From Octopus sinensis (Eukaryota): a stretch of DNA of 64,000 nucleotides. Numbering within the stretch: position 1 is the first letter of the stretch; every line of letters begins with the position of its first letter. Location of the stretch: NCBI RefSeq assembly GCF_006345805.1, contig NC_043015.1, forward strand, positions 41,354,001 through 41,418,000. The letters are read 5' to 3'. Under the pieces are notes generated by a model. It worked only from the letters and a program-made list of their open reading frames with translations, was not told where the DNA came from and ran no database searches. The position numbers were made by a program, and so were the translations under genes. Of this stretch, positions 48,943 through 61,445 are shown in pieces.

Positions 48943-49852
48943 GAAGGCAGTGAGCTGGCAGAATTGTTAGCACACCAGGAAAAATGCTTAGCAGTATTTC
49001 ATCTATCTTTACAATCTGAGTTCAAATCCACCGAGGTTGACTTTGCCTTCCATCTTTTTGGGGTCAATAAAATGAGTACCAGTTGAACACTGGGATCAAT
49101 GTAATCGACTAGCCCCCTCACCCAAAATTTCAACCCTTGTGCCTTTAATTGAAAGGTTTATCGTCATCATCATCATCAAGGTGGTGAGCTGGCAAAATCA
49201 TTAACATGTTGCTTCGCTACATTTCGTCCATCTTTATTTTTTGAGTTCAAATTCCACTGAGGCTAACTTTGCCTTTTATCCTTTCAGTGGGTCGATAAAA
49301 TAAGTACCATCTGAGCACACTGCAGTCAATGTATTTGACTTACCCATTTCCTCGGAATTGCTGGCCTTGTGCCACAATTTGAAATCATCATTAGTATTTT
49401 CATTTTAATTTTAAAAAATTACAGTTTTGAAATATTTTTGCATGGATTAAAATGTTGACGATGTATAAAAGTATAGATGTAATCGTCATCATTATCATCA
49501 TCGTTTAATGTCCGTTTTCCATGCTAGCGGTTTGACCAGGGTCTGGGAAGCCAGAAGGCTGCACCAGGCTCCAGTCTTATCTGGCAATGTTTCTACAGCT
49601 GGATGCCCTTCCTAACGCCAACCACTCCGTGAGTGTAGTGGGTGCTTTTTACGTGCTGTGTTTTTGTGTGCGTGCATGCACATACATGCGTGCATGTGTT
49701 ATTTTGGTAAGCAAATTATTAAGTATTAAATATAAAACTTAGATGCAAAGGAATAGCTGTATTGTTTAGAAGTTCATATTGAACCCCTTGATTTCAGGTC
49801 ATTTAAACAAAAATATTCATATAAATATCCTTTTTTTTTCATATTTATTTAG

Positions 49853-49924
49853 AACATTAAAACTGCTGATGGAAGTGAGATTTCATATGAGAAACTGTGT
49901 ATTTGTACAGGTGGTAAACCAAAG
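49853..49924 (+). CDS. PYROXD1: PYROXD1 exon 4
   Basis: tttag|NIKTADGSEISYEKLCICTGGKPK|gtgagt; 72 nt. Confidence 0.92.
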
Positions 49925-50809
49925 GTGAGTCACCATTTCATTTTTATGTTGCCAGTGTTTGGGTTACTGAAGGTTGTGTCACAGCAGGGAAGAGACCACG
50001 CCTGAGTGATTCATGTTTTGTCAATGTGTTTGGGTTGATGGATACCTGGAGACAAGTATGTTACCTGCTTGCTGAGTAATGAATGTGTGCAGGTAAAAAA
50101 TGGCACATAAAAAGCACCATTCGAGCGTTAGGCTTCAGGGAAGCAATGTGGTCGATGCCGGTGCCACGCAACTGGCACCCATGCTGATGGCATGTAAAAG
50201 TGCCAATTACATTCTTGGAGTGGTTGACGTTAGGAAGGACATCCAGTCGTAGAAACCATGCCAAATCAGACTGGAGTTTGGTGCAGCGCCGTCCAACCCA
50301 TGCCAACATGAACATCATCATCATCATCATCGTTTAACGTCCGTTTTCCGTGCTAGCATGGGTTGGACGGTTCGACCGGGGTCTGGGAAGCCAGGAGGCT
50401 GCACCAGGCTCCAGTCTGATCTGGCAGTGTTTCTACAGCTGGATGCCCTTCCTAATGCCAACCACTCCGTGAGTGTAGAACAACAGTATTAAATGAGGGT
50501 GATGAATGTTGAGAAGATATGTGAATTGTGGTCATTGCTGATGATGGTGATGTGTAAAAGGCATCGGTGCCAGTGACATGTGAAAGACACTCAGTACACT
50601 TTGTAGAGTGGTTGGCATTAGGAAGGGCATCCAGCTGTAAAAACCAAACCAAAACAGATGGATGGAGTCTGGCACAACTCTCTCGAGTTATATTTGTTTG
50701 GCCCCCAATTTTACCCTCCCCCCCCAATTACTTCATGTGTAGGAGCAACCCTACTTTGTGATCTTTGCAACTAAATTAATATTCATTTTTCTGTATCTGT
50801 TTTCTGTAG

Positions 50810-50863
50810 GTAATTGCAGACAGTCCTTATGTTCTTGGAATCAGAGATACGGAAAGTGTTCAA
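50810..50863 (+). CDS. PYROXD1: PYROXD1 exon 5
   Basis: ctgtag|VIADSPYVLGIRDTESVQ|gtgagt; 54 nt. Confidence 0.92.
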
Positions 50864-50889
50864 GTGAGTAAAATAAAAACAAGTCTTAA

Positions 50890-51090
50890 CCTTTTAGCAT
50901 TCCAATTATTCTTTCAAATTGCTTTGGATTAATCCTGCATTATCTCATAGCTTTGAGATTTCAATGATCTGATTGTTTATTTATAGAATTACATTGTAGA
51001 ATAGGTGTGAGAGGTCAAATCTGGTCAGTTTTACCATAAAACAAGTAGAATATTTGAACCAGATATGACCAGTTTAAATGCTAAAGCGGT
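50890..51090. mobile_element. Older piggyBac-like MITE
   Basis: ttaa|ccttttagcatt ... aatgctaaagcggtaa. Confidence 0.5.
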
Positions 51091-51651
51091 AAAAAAAATT
51101 AAATTATTTTTCTGATAAAATAAAACCTTAGATTAACAAATCACATCTTCAGTTTTATTTCTCTGCATAAGTTATATTTTTGTTAGTCAAAAATCTAAAA
51201 TCAAAGGCTGGTGAGAGGGTACTGGCAACAGCCACGCTCAAATGTTATTTTTCACGTGCCAGTAAGGTGACGCTGGTAATGATCATGCTTGAATGGTATT
51301 TTTTATGTGCCACCGACAGCGGCCCTGGCGACGATCATGCTCAGATGGTGCTCTTAGTGCTCCACTAGCACGGATGCCAGTCATGCAAATCATAAAAATA
51401 TAATAAGAGTCTTTAGACATCATATGGCTATGAAGGTTTCCCCTCACTCCGAGTGGTGGTGGTGGTGGGGGGACTCTACTAGCCATAGGAATCAAAGGGG
51501 TCCATAGAGAAAAAATGGTGGAGAACCACTACTATAGAGACACACACACACAAAAAAGAAACACAAAATAATTTCTGTAAATACAAGTCTCTTGTATTGA
51601 GTGTCTTTTTCATTCTATCTGACCATTTTTTTGTTTTTTGTTTTGTCTCAG

Positions 51652-51725
51652 ACTTTCCAAGAAAAGCTTTCTTCAGCCAGGAGGGTCATAATTATTGGAA
51701 ACGGTGGAATCGCTACAGAACTGGT
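51652..51725 (+). CDS. PYROXD1: PYROXD1 exon 6
   Basis: tctcag|TFQEKLSSARRVIIIGNGGIATELV|gtaagt; NAD(P)H-binding GxGxxA motif; 74 nt, ends in phase 2. Confidence 0.93.
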
Positions 51726-52117
51726 GTAAGTAATTATAGAATTCCTTATTTCTTTTTGTTCTTTTGGGGGGTCAATAAAATAAATACCAGTTGAGCTCTG
51801 GGGTCAATGTAACCAACTTACTCCCTCTCCAAAAAATGTTGACCTTGCACCAAACTTTGAAACCATTATTAATATTGTAATTACTTTAACCATTTTTGGT
51901 ATAAGTTCTTATGCACTTTTTGCTCCAAGACCTTCAGGTGACATGTGAAATGGAACCAGTTCTGAGCTGTTCATTCTGGACATGGTTTTTGTTTAGAATG
52001 ATCTTTCATAGAAGGGTAACCACTAATCACTTTGTCCAGCTCACAGCCTCCTCCTCCTCCTTCTTCTTCTTCTTCTTCTTCTTCTTCTTCTCCTCCTCCT
52101 CCTCCTCCTCCTCCTCC

Positions 52118-52162
<45 letters not shown>

Positions 52163-52282
52163 ATAACAACAATACATATTTGCAATTAATTTCCCCTTTT
52201 GGTTTGCAATCAAATATCTTCTTCCACCTCTTTATTAGACTTATTAATTAATCTGTGTGTGATTGTCTATTGATTTTTCTAG

Positions 52283-52443
52283 ATATGAGATTGAAGGGTG
52301 TTCAGTGATTTGGGCAATCAAGGACAAATCAATCAGCAGCACTTTTGTGGATGCTGGGGCTGGGGAATTCTTCCTGAAGAAACTAAACAAGAAGAAAGAA
52401 CAAAAGAAACCAATTCTGAAGAGAATGAAATACAACATCAACG
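52283..52443 (+). CDS. PYROXD1: PYROXD1 exon 7
   Basis: ttctag|YEIEGCSVIWAIKDKSISSTFVDAGAGEFF...KYNIN-G|gtaaat; 161 nt. Confidence 0.92.
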
Positions 52444-53644
52444 GTAAATATGCAAATTTATTCGATATTTATTCTATATTTTTACACATTTTGTTTTTAT
52501 ATTGGTTATTTGTTTTTGGATGCTAATTAATTTTATCCTTTGTTTTGTTTTATTTTTTATCATTAGTTTTGTTTTTGTTTTTTGTTTTTAATTGAGTCGT
52601 TAAGAAGTTTGGTTTGCAATCATGAAGTCTCAAGTTCAATCCCACTTTGATGATAACGATAATTATGGTGATAATATTAGTGGAGGACAGCTGCATAAAG
52701 AAGTGCTGAGGGTATCTGTGGAAGGGGTAGATCCAGGAAGACATGGGACAAAGTGGTGAGAAAGGATCTTCAGACGCTGGGTCTCACTGAGGAGATGACA
52801 AGGGACCAGGAGATGGTCCCTTTCTTATACTTAATAAGGTGTGTCAAGCTAAGTAAAATCGCTGTCTTCCACAGATGCAGGCTTGTCCTTTCGGGTGCCA
52901 GTGCCACTTAAACGGCACCTGTGCCACTTAAACGGCACCTGTGCCACTGCTGCATTAACGCACCTGTGCTGGTGCCACATAAATGCACCCTTGCCGGTGT
53001 CATGTAAAAAGCACCCAGCACACACTCTTAAGTGGTTGGTGTTAGGAAGGGCATCCAGCCATAGAAACCATGCCACAACAGACAGTTGGGGTCTGGACAG
53101 CTCCCTACTAGCCAGCTCCATGCCAAACCTATTTCTTTATTACCCACAACAGACCAAACATAGAGGGGACTTACAAGGACAGACATAGGTATTAAGTCGA
53201 TTATATCGACCCCAGTGCGAAACTGGTACTTAATTTATCGACCCCGAAAGGATGAAAGGTAAAGTCGACCTCGGCAGAATTTGAACTCACAACGTAATGG
53301 CAGCCAAAATACTACTAAACATTTCGCCTGACGTGTTAATGATTCTGCCAGCTCGCCACCAAACCATCCAACCCATGCCAGCATGGAGAGTGGATGTTAA
53401 ACGATGATGATGATGATTTGGTGGTCGTCGTTGTCATCGTCATGACAGTGGAAGCAACAACTGACCTACTTTGCTCTGTATTGAATATGTTCTCATCTCA
53501 TTAACTGTCGATTTCATGCATAATTAATCTTCTAGTAATTAACCTGTGTTTTATTGTTGTTGTTGTTTTTAAAAAAATATTTAAGAAATAATGTTCCTAA
53601 TGATTCTCATTAACGAAGTGCTCCCTTCTGCTGTTTGTTTTCAG

Positions 53645-53730
53645 CTACAGACAAAACTTCAAGGTCTGTTGTGGGTGGAGCCTTAGGACCAGACTGGTCA
53701 AGCGATTTAGTCATGTCAGGAATCCAAACA
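53645..53730 (+). CDS. PYROXD1: PYROXD1 exon 8
   Basis: tttcag|(A)TDKTSRSVVGGALGPDWSSDLVMSGIQT|gtaagt; ALGPDW motif. A second in-frame acceptor ends at 53650. Confidence 0.88.
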
Positions 53731-54863
53731 GTAAGTCGGATTGTAACCATAATAAGAATTCTTTTTTCGGTAATTAGATGGCAAGCTGCCAGAATCATTA
53801 GCATGCCGGACAAAATGAGTTGGATGGTTCCACAGGAGCTGGCTAGCCAGAAAAATGTCCCAAGTCTACTGTCTGCTTTACTATGTTTCCTCTTTGGGAT
53901 GCCCTTCCTAATACCAACCACTTTACAGAGTCTGCTTGGTGCATTTTGCATAGCATTGGCATGAGTGGGGTCATTGAGTTTGGCAGTAGTATTGAGGGAG
54001 GTGGCTTTATGTCGAAGTGTGTGGCTTTGTGGTTAGGCTGTTGGATTCGTGATCATGAGATTGTGGTTTCGATTCCTGGAGCGGGCATTGCATTGTGTTC
54101 TTGAGCAAAACACTTCATTTCACGTTGCTCCTGTCCACTCAGCCGGTAAAAATGAGTAACGCTGCGATGGACCTGCATCCTGTCCAGGTGGGGTGTTTAT
54201 ATGCCATGAAACCAGGAAACCAGCCCTGATGAGTCGACATGGCTCAAAAAAGTTACCTTTACCTTTATTGTAAAAATAAACAATCACATCATTGAAATTT
54301 CTAAGCTATGAGATAATGCATGATTAATTCAAAACAATGTCTATATATATATATATATACACACACACACATAAGTGGATGTTGAAAAGTTCCTGGCTTT
54401 GGGTTAAAGAAAATACAGGAGGATCAGTTAATTATGGTTTTATTCAACATATTCCCCCCTCAGATTCACACACCTATTGCAACGGTCCTTCAGTTTATTT
54501 AAGGTGTGTAAAAGAACCCAGAAGGTTGTACCTCCAACCAGGCCTTTTGCAATACCTTTAACCCTTTTGTTACCAACCCAGCTGGAACTGCCTCACCAAA
54601 CCTTAGTCACAATTTATGTTCCTAACACTAGCTCAATGATAACTAAGTTATTTTACTAAATTCTTTGTTATATTTAAAATTAATTGAAAGAAACACAGAG
54701 CATCTCAAAATAAATACTGTAACGAAAGGGTTAAAGTCAGGAACTTTTCACCAACCCCTTTGTACATTTGATAGAGTAATCTGAATGCCAAAGGGTTAAT
54801 GTTAGAAATCCTTATTTGGTGATGTGTCCTGAATGGATTTCATTGGATTGGTTCCTTTTACAG

Positions 54864-54990
54864 ATCTCCCACAATGTCCACGTAGAATTTCAAGTAGAAG
54901 TGGAAAAAATTTTATCTTCTGATGAATTCAAACAATCTGGAAAACAAGAGACTTGCTCTCCTTTTGAAGATAAAGACAGCGTGACAACAA
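54864..54990 (+). CDS. PYROXD1: PYROXD1 exon 9
   Basis: ttacag|ISHNVHVEFQVEVEKILSSDEF...DSVTT-A|gtatgg; 127 nt; phase matches the next exon. Confidence 0.85.
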
Positions 54991-55836
54991 GTATGGAAAG
55001 TTTATACTTTTTGCTTACTTATAAACACACACACACACACACACAAATATTTCTTCCCATCATGCTCTCTGATATCCTCTCATCTCTCAGTCATTCCTCT
55101 CACTATCACCCGTCACTCTCTTTCCTCCTGTTTCCCTCCTCTAACTATCTCCCTCCAGCACTGTATCTTTCCCATTCCTCCTCACCCCCTCTCACTCTGA
55201 TCATTGTTTCCCTCTCCCCTCTTACTCTTGCTCCATCCACCACCCCACCCTCACCTCTGTTTGTTCTCTCGATCATATTTCCTTGAAGGAATGGAGACTT
55301 CATAGACTACTGATGACTCTTTGGGTGTTGTGGGACACAAGGCAACCTCTCTGCTGGCGCCACGATGAAATGCAGTCCTTTATGTTCTTTAAAATAGCTG
55401 ATGTTGGGAAGGGCATCCAGCCATAGAAACCATAATAGGAACGGAAGGTTCCGAGTGAGATGTGGTCCTCCGATTTCATAAGAGAGCAACAACCCCGAAT
55501 AAAAACTAATTCAGATCATGACTCATCCAACCCATACCAGCACGAAAAGCTGACATAAAAATGATGATGATGATGATGATAAATATATATTATCATCATC
55601 ATCACGACCACCTTTGTATTCAAGTACCATGTTCTTCACCTTGTTTTGCACTTGTATATCTCTCACTACCTGGAATCACTTCCTTTGACATCCAAGTTCA
55701 CTTTTACCACAGCTCCTCTCCACTCATACTTCACATTGATCGTCCTTCTATGCTAACAGTTACCTTTCCCTCTCCCTTGAAACACTTCCTTTTGACTCAC
55801 CCCCTATTTTATGATAATTTATTTGTTAATTTTCAG

Positions 55837-55949
55837 CTGATTGGCCGATCTATGTGCTTCTAAAAAATGGTAAAGTCTATGGCTGTGATTTTGTTGTGAG
55901 TGCCACAGGTGTGGTACCAAACACAGAACTTCTTCTTCAGGGTATCTCT
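55837..55949 (+). CDS. PYROXD1: PYROXD1 exon 10
   Basis: tttcag|(T)[37 protein letters not shown]|gtaagt; 113 nt. Confidence 0.93.
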
Positions 55950-56099
55950 GTAAGTATTTTATATAATATATCAGGTCATCCCATAAGTTCAGTCCGATTT
56001 TACCTTTTTTGAAAATTGAGTGAAATTTAATAGTATTTTAGAATGTCTAATGGAATTAAAAATTACTTTTATGCATTTGTGTACATTTAAAGTAAGTAA

Positions 56100-56340
56100 A
56101 TACATGAAGGAAGGAAGGTGTGCCTCTCAGTTGGAGGAATGAAAAGACATGTCAGAAGAGTTCATGCTGTGGCACCTGTTCCTTCTGCCAGCCAGCACAG
56201 CTGTGCATTATGCAATAGAATGTGCAAGACTCTCGCCAGACTCAAGAGTCATACAACGGACTCACACTGCACCTGTGTTGACTCATTTCAAGGATTCTTT
56301 CTAGCAATGGTTTTGTTCGTATCTGAGAAAGCAGCTAAGA
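56100..56340 (+). mobile_element. Probable RTE LINE 3' remnant with C-terminal zinc-finger motifs
   Basis: CLSVGGMKRHVRRVH...CALCNRMCKTLARLKSH; intronic, with no splice context. Confidence 0.5.
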
Positions 56341-57183
56341 TATTTCTTTACTACCCACAAGGGGCTAAACATAGAGAGGACAAACAAGGACAGACAAAGG
56401 GATTAAGTCGATTACATCGACCCCAGTGCGAAACTGGTACTTTATTTATCGACCCCGAAAGGATGGAAGGCAAAGTCGACCTCGGCGGAATTTGAACTCA
56501 GAACGTAACGACAGATGAAATACGGCTACGCATTTCGCCCGGCATGCTAACATTTCTGCCAGCTAGCCGCCTTAAAAGCAGCTAAGATATGTGTGTGTGT
56601 GTGTGAATCAATCAATCATCATCATCGTTGCATGTAGCATGCTTTCACTAATTGATTAATTTTTATAAGAAGTCACCAGCAGACACAGACACCATTTCAG
56701 ACTAGAACACCAAAATGAATCCAGTGGAATATTTGGGGTGTGGCAACTTTGAGGGAGAGACAGTGGCACCATTAGTCAAGTGGTGCTCATCTACGGCTGA
56801 ATAGCCTGAGCAACATAGAAATGAAGTGCTTTATTCAAATACACCATACAACAGAATACAGGAATTGAACCTATGATTACGTGGTCACAGACCCAGCACC
56901 TTAAGCATTAAGCCACATGCTTCCAAACACACACAAACGCACACACTCACATGGACACACTGACACACACTCACACATGCATACATACACAAAGATGTGC
57001 AAACCTTAGGAAAACAGTTGCAAAAATGATAACGGTAGCGTTGGTATGTGTATGTGCATGTGTGTTTGTATGTGAGTATGTGTGCGTGTTTACGTTCATC
57101 CACACATATTTAAAAGAATCAAAACTCAACCTCCAAGTTTAACTCAAATTCTGAGCCTGACTCAAACTTTCCTTCTGTTTTAG

Positions 57184-57306
57184 TTTGACCGTAGTGAAGA
57201 TGGTGGAATTAAAGTCAATTCAAAGATGCTGACTTCGGTACCAAATGTCTTTGCTGCTGGAGATGTCTGTAGTCCATCTTGGAAACTTTCTGAACATTGG
57301 TTCCAG
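57184..57306 (+). CDS. PYROXD1: PYROXD1 exon 11
   Basis: tttag|FDRSEDGGIKVNSKMLTSVPNVFAAGDVCSPSWKLSEHWFQ|gtaagt; second FAD motif TS..vfAaGD; 123 nt. Confidence 0.94.
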
Positions 57307-57932
57307 GTAAGTGAGGAAACTAATTGATATCTTCCGTATTGTAATTTCATGCTGCCTCTGGTGTGGACTTGTTCAGCTTCAGTCGAATAAATACTCTCTT
57401 CTACATATTTTAAGTACTGAACGTGGTCATTGCCAGTGCCGCCGGACTGGCTCCCATGCAGGTAACACGTAAAAAACACCTTTTGAGCATGGTCATTGCC
57501 AAAAAGGTGGCAAGCTGGCAGAAACGTTAGCATGCTGGGTGAAACACTTAGGAGTATTTTGTCTGCCATTATGTTCTGAGTTCAAATTCCGCCGAGGTCG
57601 ACTTTGCCTTTCATCCTTTCGGAGTCGATAAATTAAGTACCAGTTACGCACTGGGGTCGATGTAATCGACTTAATCTGTGTGTCTGTCCTTGTTTGTCCC
57701 CTCTGTTTTTAGCCCCTTGTGGGCAATAAAGAAATAAGAACTGCCTGACTGGCCCTCATGTTGGTGGCATGTAAAAGCACCCACTACACTCTCGGAGTGG
57801 TTGGCGTTAGGAAGGGCATCCAGCTGTAGAAACGTTGCCAGATCAGATTGAGCCTGGTGCAGCCTTCTGGCTCACCAGTCCTCAGTCAAACCATCCAACC
57901 CATGCCAGCATGGAAAGCAGACGTTAAACGAC

Positions 57933-57967
<35 letters not shown>

Positions 57968-58243
57968 CACTATTAGTACATGCAAACATGAATCTATATA
58001 CATAAGTATACTTACGTAGTAGAAATACAATCCTGACAAATTTAACCGTTTTTCCGCAGACTGAAGAAAATGAACATCCTTAATTAACTTTTTAATTAGC
58101 TTTTCAATTAACATCCTTAATTAACTTCCATGCCTGTTAACTGTTATAATTTCGTCCATTGTGCCTAAATTCTTTAATGTATGACCCAATATATATATAT
58201 AAATATATATATGTATGTATGCATGTATTTTTTCTTTTTTTAG

Positions 58244-58381
58244 ATGCGTCTTTGGACCCAAGCAAGGCAGATGGGGGCCTATGCTGCTAAAAGCATGGTT
58301 GCCAGTGGAAACCAGGAAGATATAGAAATGGATTTTTGTTTCGAGTTGTTTTCACACGTCACTAAATTTTTCAATTCCAAG
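58244..58381 (+). CDS. PYROXD1: PYROXD1 exon 12
   Basis: tttag|[18 protein letters not shown]...[18 protein letters not shown]|gtaaat; family-diagnostic [11 protein letters not shown]; 138 nt. Confidence 0.95.
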
Positions 58382-58619
58382 GTAAATATACTTCTTCTTC
58401 TTCTTCTTCTCCTCATTCTTCTTCTTCTTCTTCTTCTTCTCCTCCTCCTCCTCCTCCTCCTCCTCCTTCTTCTTCTTCTTCTTCTTCTTCTTCTTCTTCT
58501 TCATCATCATCATTCTGTTTTGTCAAATCTTTGTTAATGCTCACATTCTTTAATTCTTCAAAAAAATTTCTTTTTTTACTGCACTAAAACTATGGTCTTT
58601 CCATCCCCATTTACTCCAG

Positions 58620-58692
58620 GTTATCCTGCTTGGCAAATTCAATGCCCAAGGGCTTGGTAATGATTATGAACTTCTTCTAAGAGTAACAGAAG
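58620..58692 (+). CDS. PYROXD1: PYROXD1 exon 13
   Basis: ctccag|[25 protein letters not shown]|gtaggt; 73 nt. Confidence 0.93.
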
Positions 58693-59271
58693 GTAGGTAC
58701 CCTAAGTGGCAGATCTTTTTTGTTGGGTGTCTTTTACAGTCAAGGCTTAGATGCTGCTTGGCTCATTAGACACCAAAAATAAGGAATTCTCACATTATTA
58801 CACACACACACACACACATTCTCTTATTCTTTTACTCATTTCAGTCATTTGACTGGGGCCATGCTGGAGCACTGTCTTTTAGTTGAAGAGATCACCCTCT
58901 GGACTTATTCTTTTTAAGTCTGGTACTTATTCTATTGGTCTCTTCGGCCGAACCACTAAGTTACAGGGACGTAAACACACCAACATCGGTTGTCAAGCAA
59001 TGTAGTGGGGGGACAAACACAGACACAGAGACACACATAAATACACACACACACATGCACACACACAGACACATATGTGAAGGGCTTCTTTCAGTTTCCG
59101 TCCAGCAAACCCACTCACAAGGCTTTGGTCGTCCTGAGGCTATAGTAGAAGACACTTGCCCAAGGTGCCACACAGTGGGACTGAACCCAGAACCGTGTGA
59201 CTGGTAAGCAAGCTACTTACCACACAGCCACTCCAAACAATATATTTAAATATATTTTTTTTAATTTGCAG

Positions 59272-59447
59272 ATGAGGAATATCTGAAAGTCGTGTTAAGT
59301 AACAACAGGATGCAAGGAGCCATCCTCATTGGAGAAACTGACATGGAGGAAACGTTTGAAAACCTCATTCTTAACCAAATGGACCTCACCTGTTTTAAGG
59401 AAAACCTTTTGGAACCTGGAATTGACGTGGATGATTTTTTTGATTAA
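59272..59447 (+). CDS. PYROXD1: PYROXD1 exon 14 (last coding exon)
   Basis: ttgcag|(D)[57 protein letters not shown]. Spliced CDS is 1467 nt, 488 aa. Confidence 0.94.
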
Positions 59448-61445
59448 AGCTTATTGTTTTTATTATTATTATTATTATTATTATTGCCAAGATGGCAAGC
59501 TGGCAGAATTATTTGTACGTTGGATAAAATGCTTAACAACATTTCGTCCATCTTTAAGTTCTGAGTTCAAATCCTACCAAGGTTGACTTTGCCTTTTATG
59601 TCCTTTTGGGGTCGATAAAATAAGTACCAGTTGATCTCTGGGGTTGATGTAATCAACTAACTCCACTCCCCACTCGGAAACATTTTTTCCCGCTAAGAGT
59701 TGCTGAAGCATGGAACAAACTGCCAGCATCAGTTGTTAGTTGTCGGAGCACTGCATCCTTCAAAACTTCCATGCTTCCTGAGATTCGCCAACACTACACC
59801 TGATTTTCTCCCCTTTATACACACGCAAGCATGTATCTGACTCATACACTGTTCACTTTCCAGACATTTGTACATTACTGCATATACTTTATATGCACTT
59901 TTGACAAGTTGTGGTGCACCTGAGCACTGTATACAATAATTTCATTATTATTATTATTATAAAATTTCAGGCCTTGTTCCTATATTATAAAGGAATTTTA
60001 TTATCAGGGCTGTATATTCCGGGTGTGCTAGGTGTGTGCTGCAAACCCATCGTAAATGGCAAATTCGTTATAAATATTAACCTTACTAATTAATTTAATC
60101 AGAAATCTTAATGGAAAATTTTTGTTATACCCCTGCTTTAAATTTGGTGGCATTAGGGGTGGCAGCATACCCAATACAACCACCACCATACCCCACCGAT
60201 TATTATTATTGCCAAGAAGTTTCGATCTAATCGATGGCCCCCTACCTCAAAATTTCAGGTCTTATGCCTAGAGTAGAAAAGATTATTAATATTATTATTA
60301 TTATTATTATTAAGGTGGTGAGCTGGCAGAATCGTTTGCATGGTGGGCGAAATGCTTAGCGGTATTTTGTCTGTCTTTACGTTCTGAGTTCAAATTTCGC
60401 AGAGGTTGACTTTGCCTTTCATCCTTTTGGGGTCGATAAAACAAGTACCAGTTGTGTACTAGGGGAGGGGCGGGTCGATGTAATCAACTGGCCCCCTTCC
60501 CCGAAATTTCAGGCCTTGTGCCTATAGTAGGAGTCCAAATGCTGTTGAAGTCAATTTTGCCTTTCATCCTTTTAAAGTTGATAAAATGAAATACCAGTGA
60601 AATACTGGGGCAGATGGTATTGATTTGCTCCCTCTCCTCAAAATTGCTGGCCTTGTGCCAAAATTAGAAAGAATTATTGTTGTTGTTGTTGTTAGAGTGG
60701 CAGAATCATTTGAGCATCAGAAAAAATTACTTTGCAGTATTTCTGCTGACTCTTTTCATTCTGAGTTCAAATCCTGTCAAGGTTGGTTTTGTTTTTCATT
60801 AGGGGTCAATAAAAAAAGTACCAGTCAAGTACTGGGGGTCAAAAGTACCGACTAAACACCTGTCCCTCAAATCTGATGGTTTTGTACTTAAATTCGAAAC
60901 AATTATTGAGGGTGGTCGACTGGCAGACTCGTTAGGGCTTTGTGGTATTTGTTCTGGCTAGAATATTCTGAGTTCAAATCCTGCCAAGTTCAACTTTGCC
61001 ATTCATCCCTCCTGGGTCTATAAAATAAAATACCAGTTAAATTAATGATTCTACCAGCTCACCATTTGTGAATTTGTAAAATTAAAGATTTGATATTTTA
61101 TCTCAGCACAGATACCCCACCCCCACCCCAACCAGCTCCTTATTCACCTGCAATTTGCTCTCACTATTAATAGTTCTTGACCCCTGTTCAGAAATATCAG
61201 TCTAATTGTATTGCGTTATCTAGCTTGTTGCCTCACAAACCATAGTCTGGCAAATTTCCATCATTGTTGACTTTTCCATTCAGGCTCAGAAAGTACCTGT
61301 AATACACTGAGGTCTGTTCAGTCACCCATATTCTACCCCTGCCCTTAAAAATATGCCTTCAGCTTTATCGAAAGACACTGTTATTACACCATCCACCAAT
61401 GACCCCTAGGAAAAGATTTTTGAAGAATTTACCAACTTCAACACT

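Noticed and set aside
54226-54250. CTGATGA followed by a small hairpin, as a hammerhead candidate
   Set aside because: No GAAA after the stem and no stems I or III; it lies in a SINE tail.
56118-56270. Host C2H2 zinc-finger gene nested in PYROXD1 intron 10
   Set aside because: No TGEKP linkers, an incomplete first finger and no splice sites; it fits an RTE ORF2 C-terminus better.
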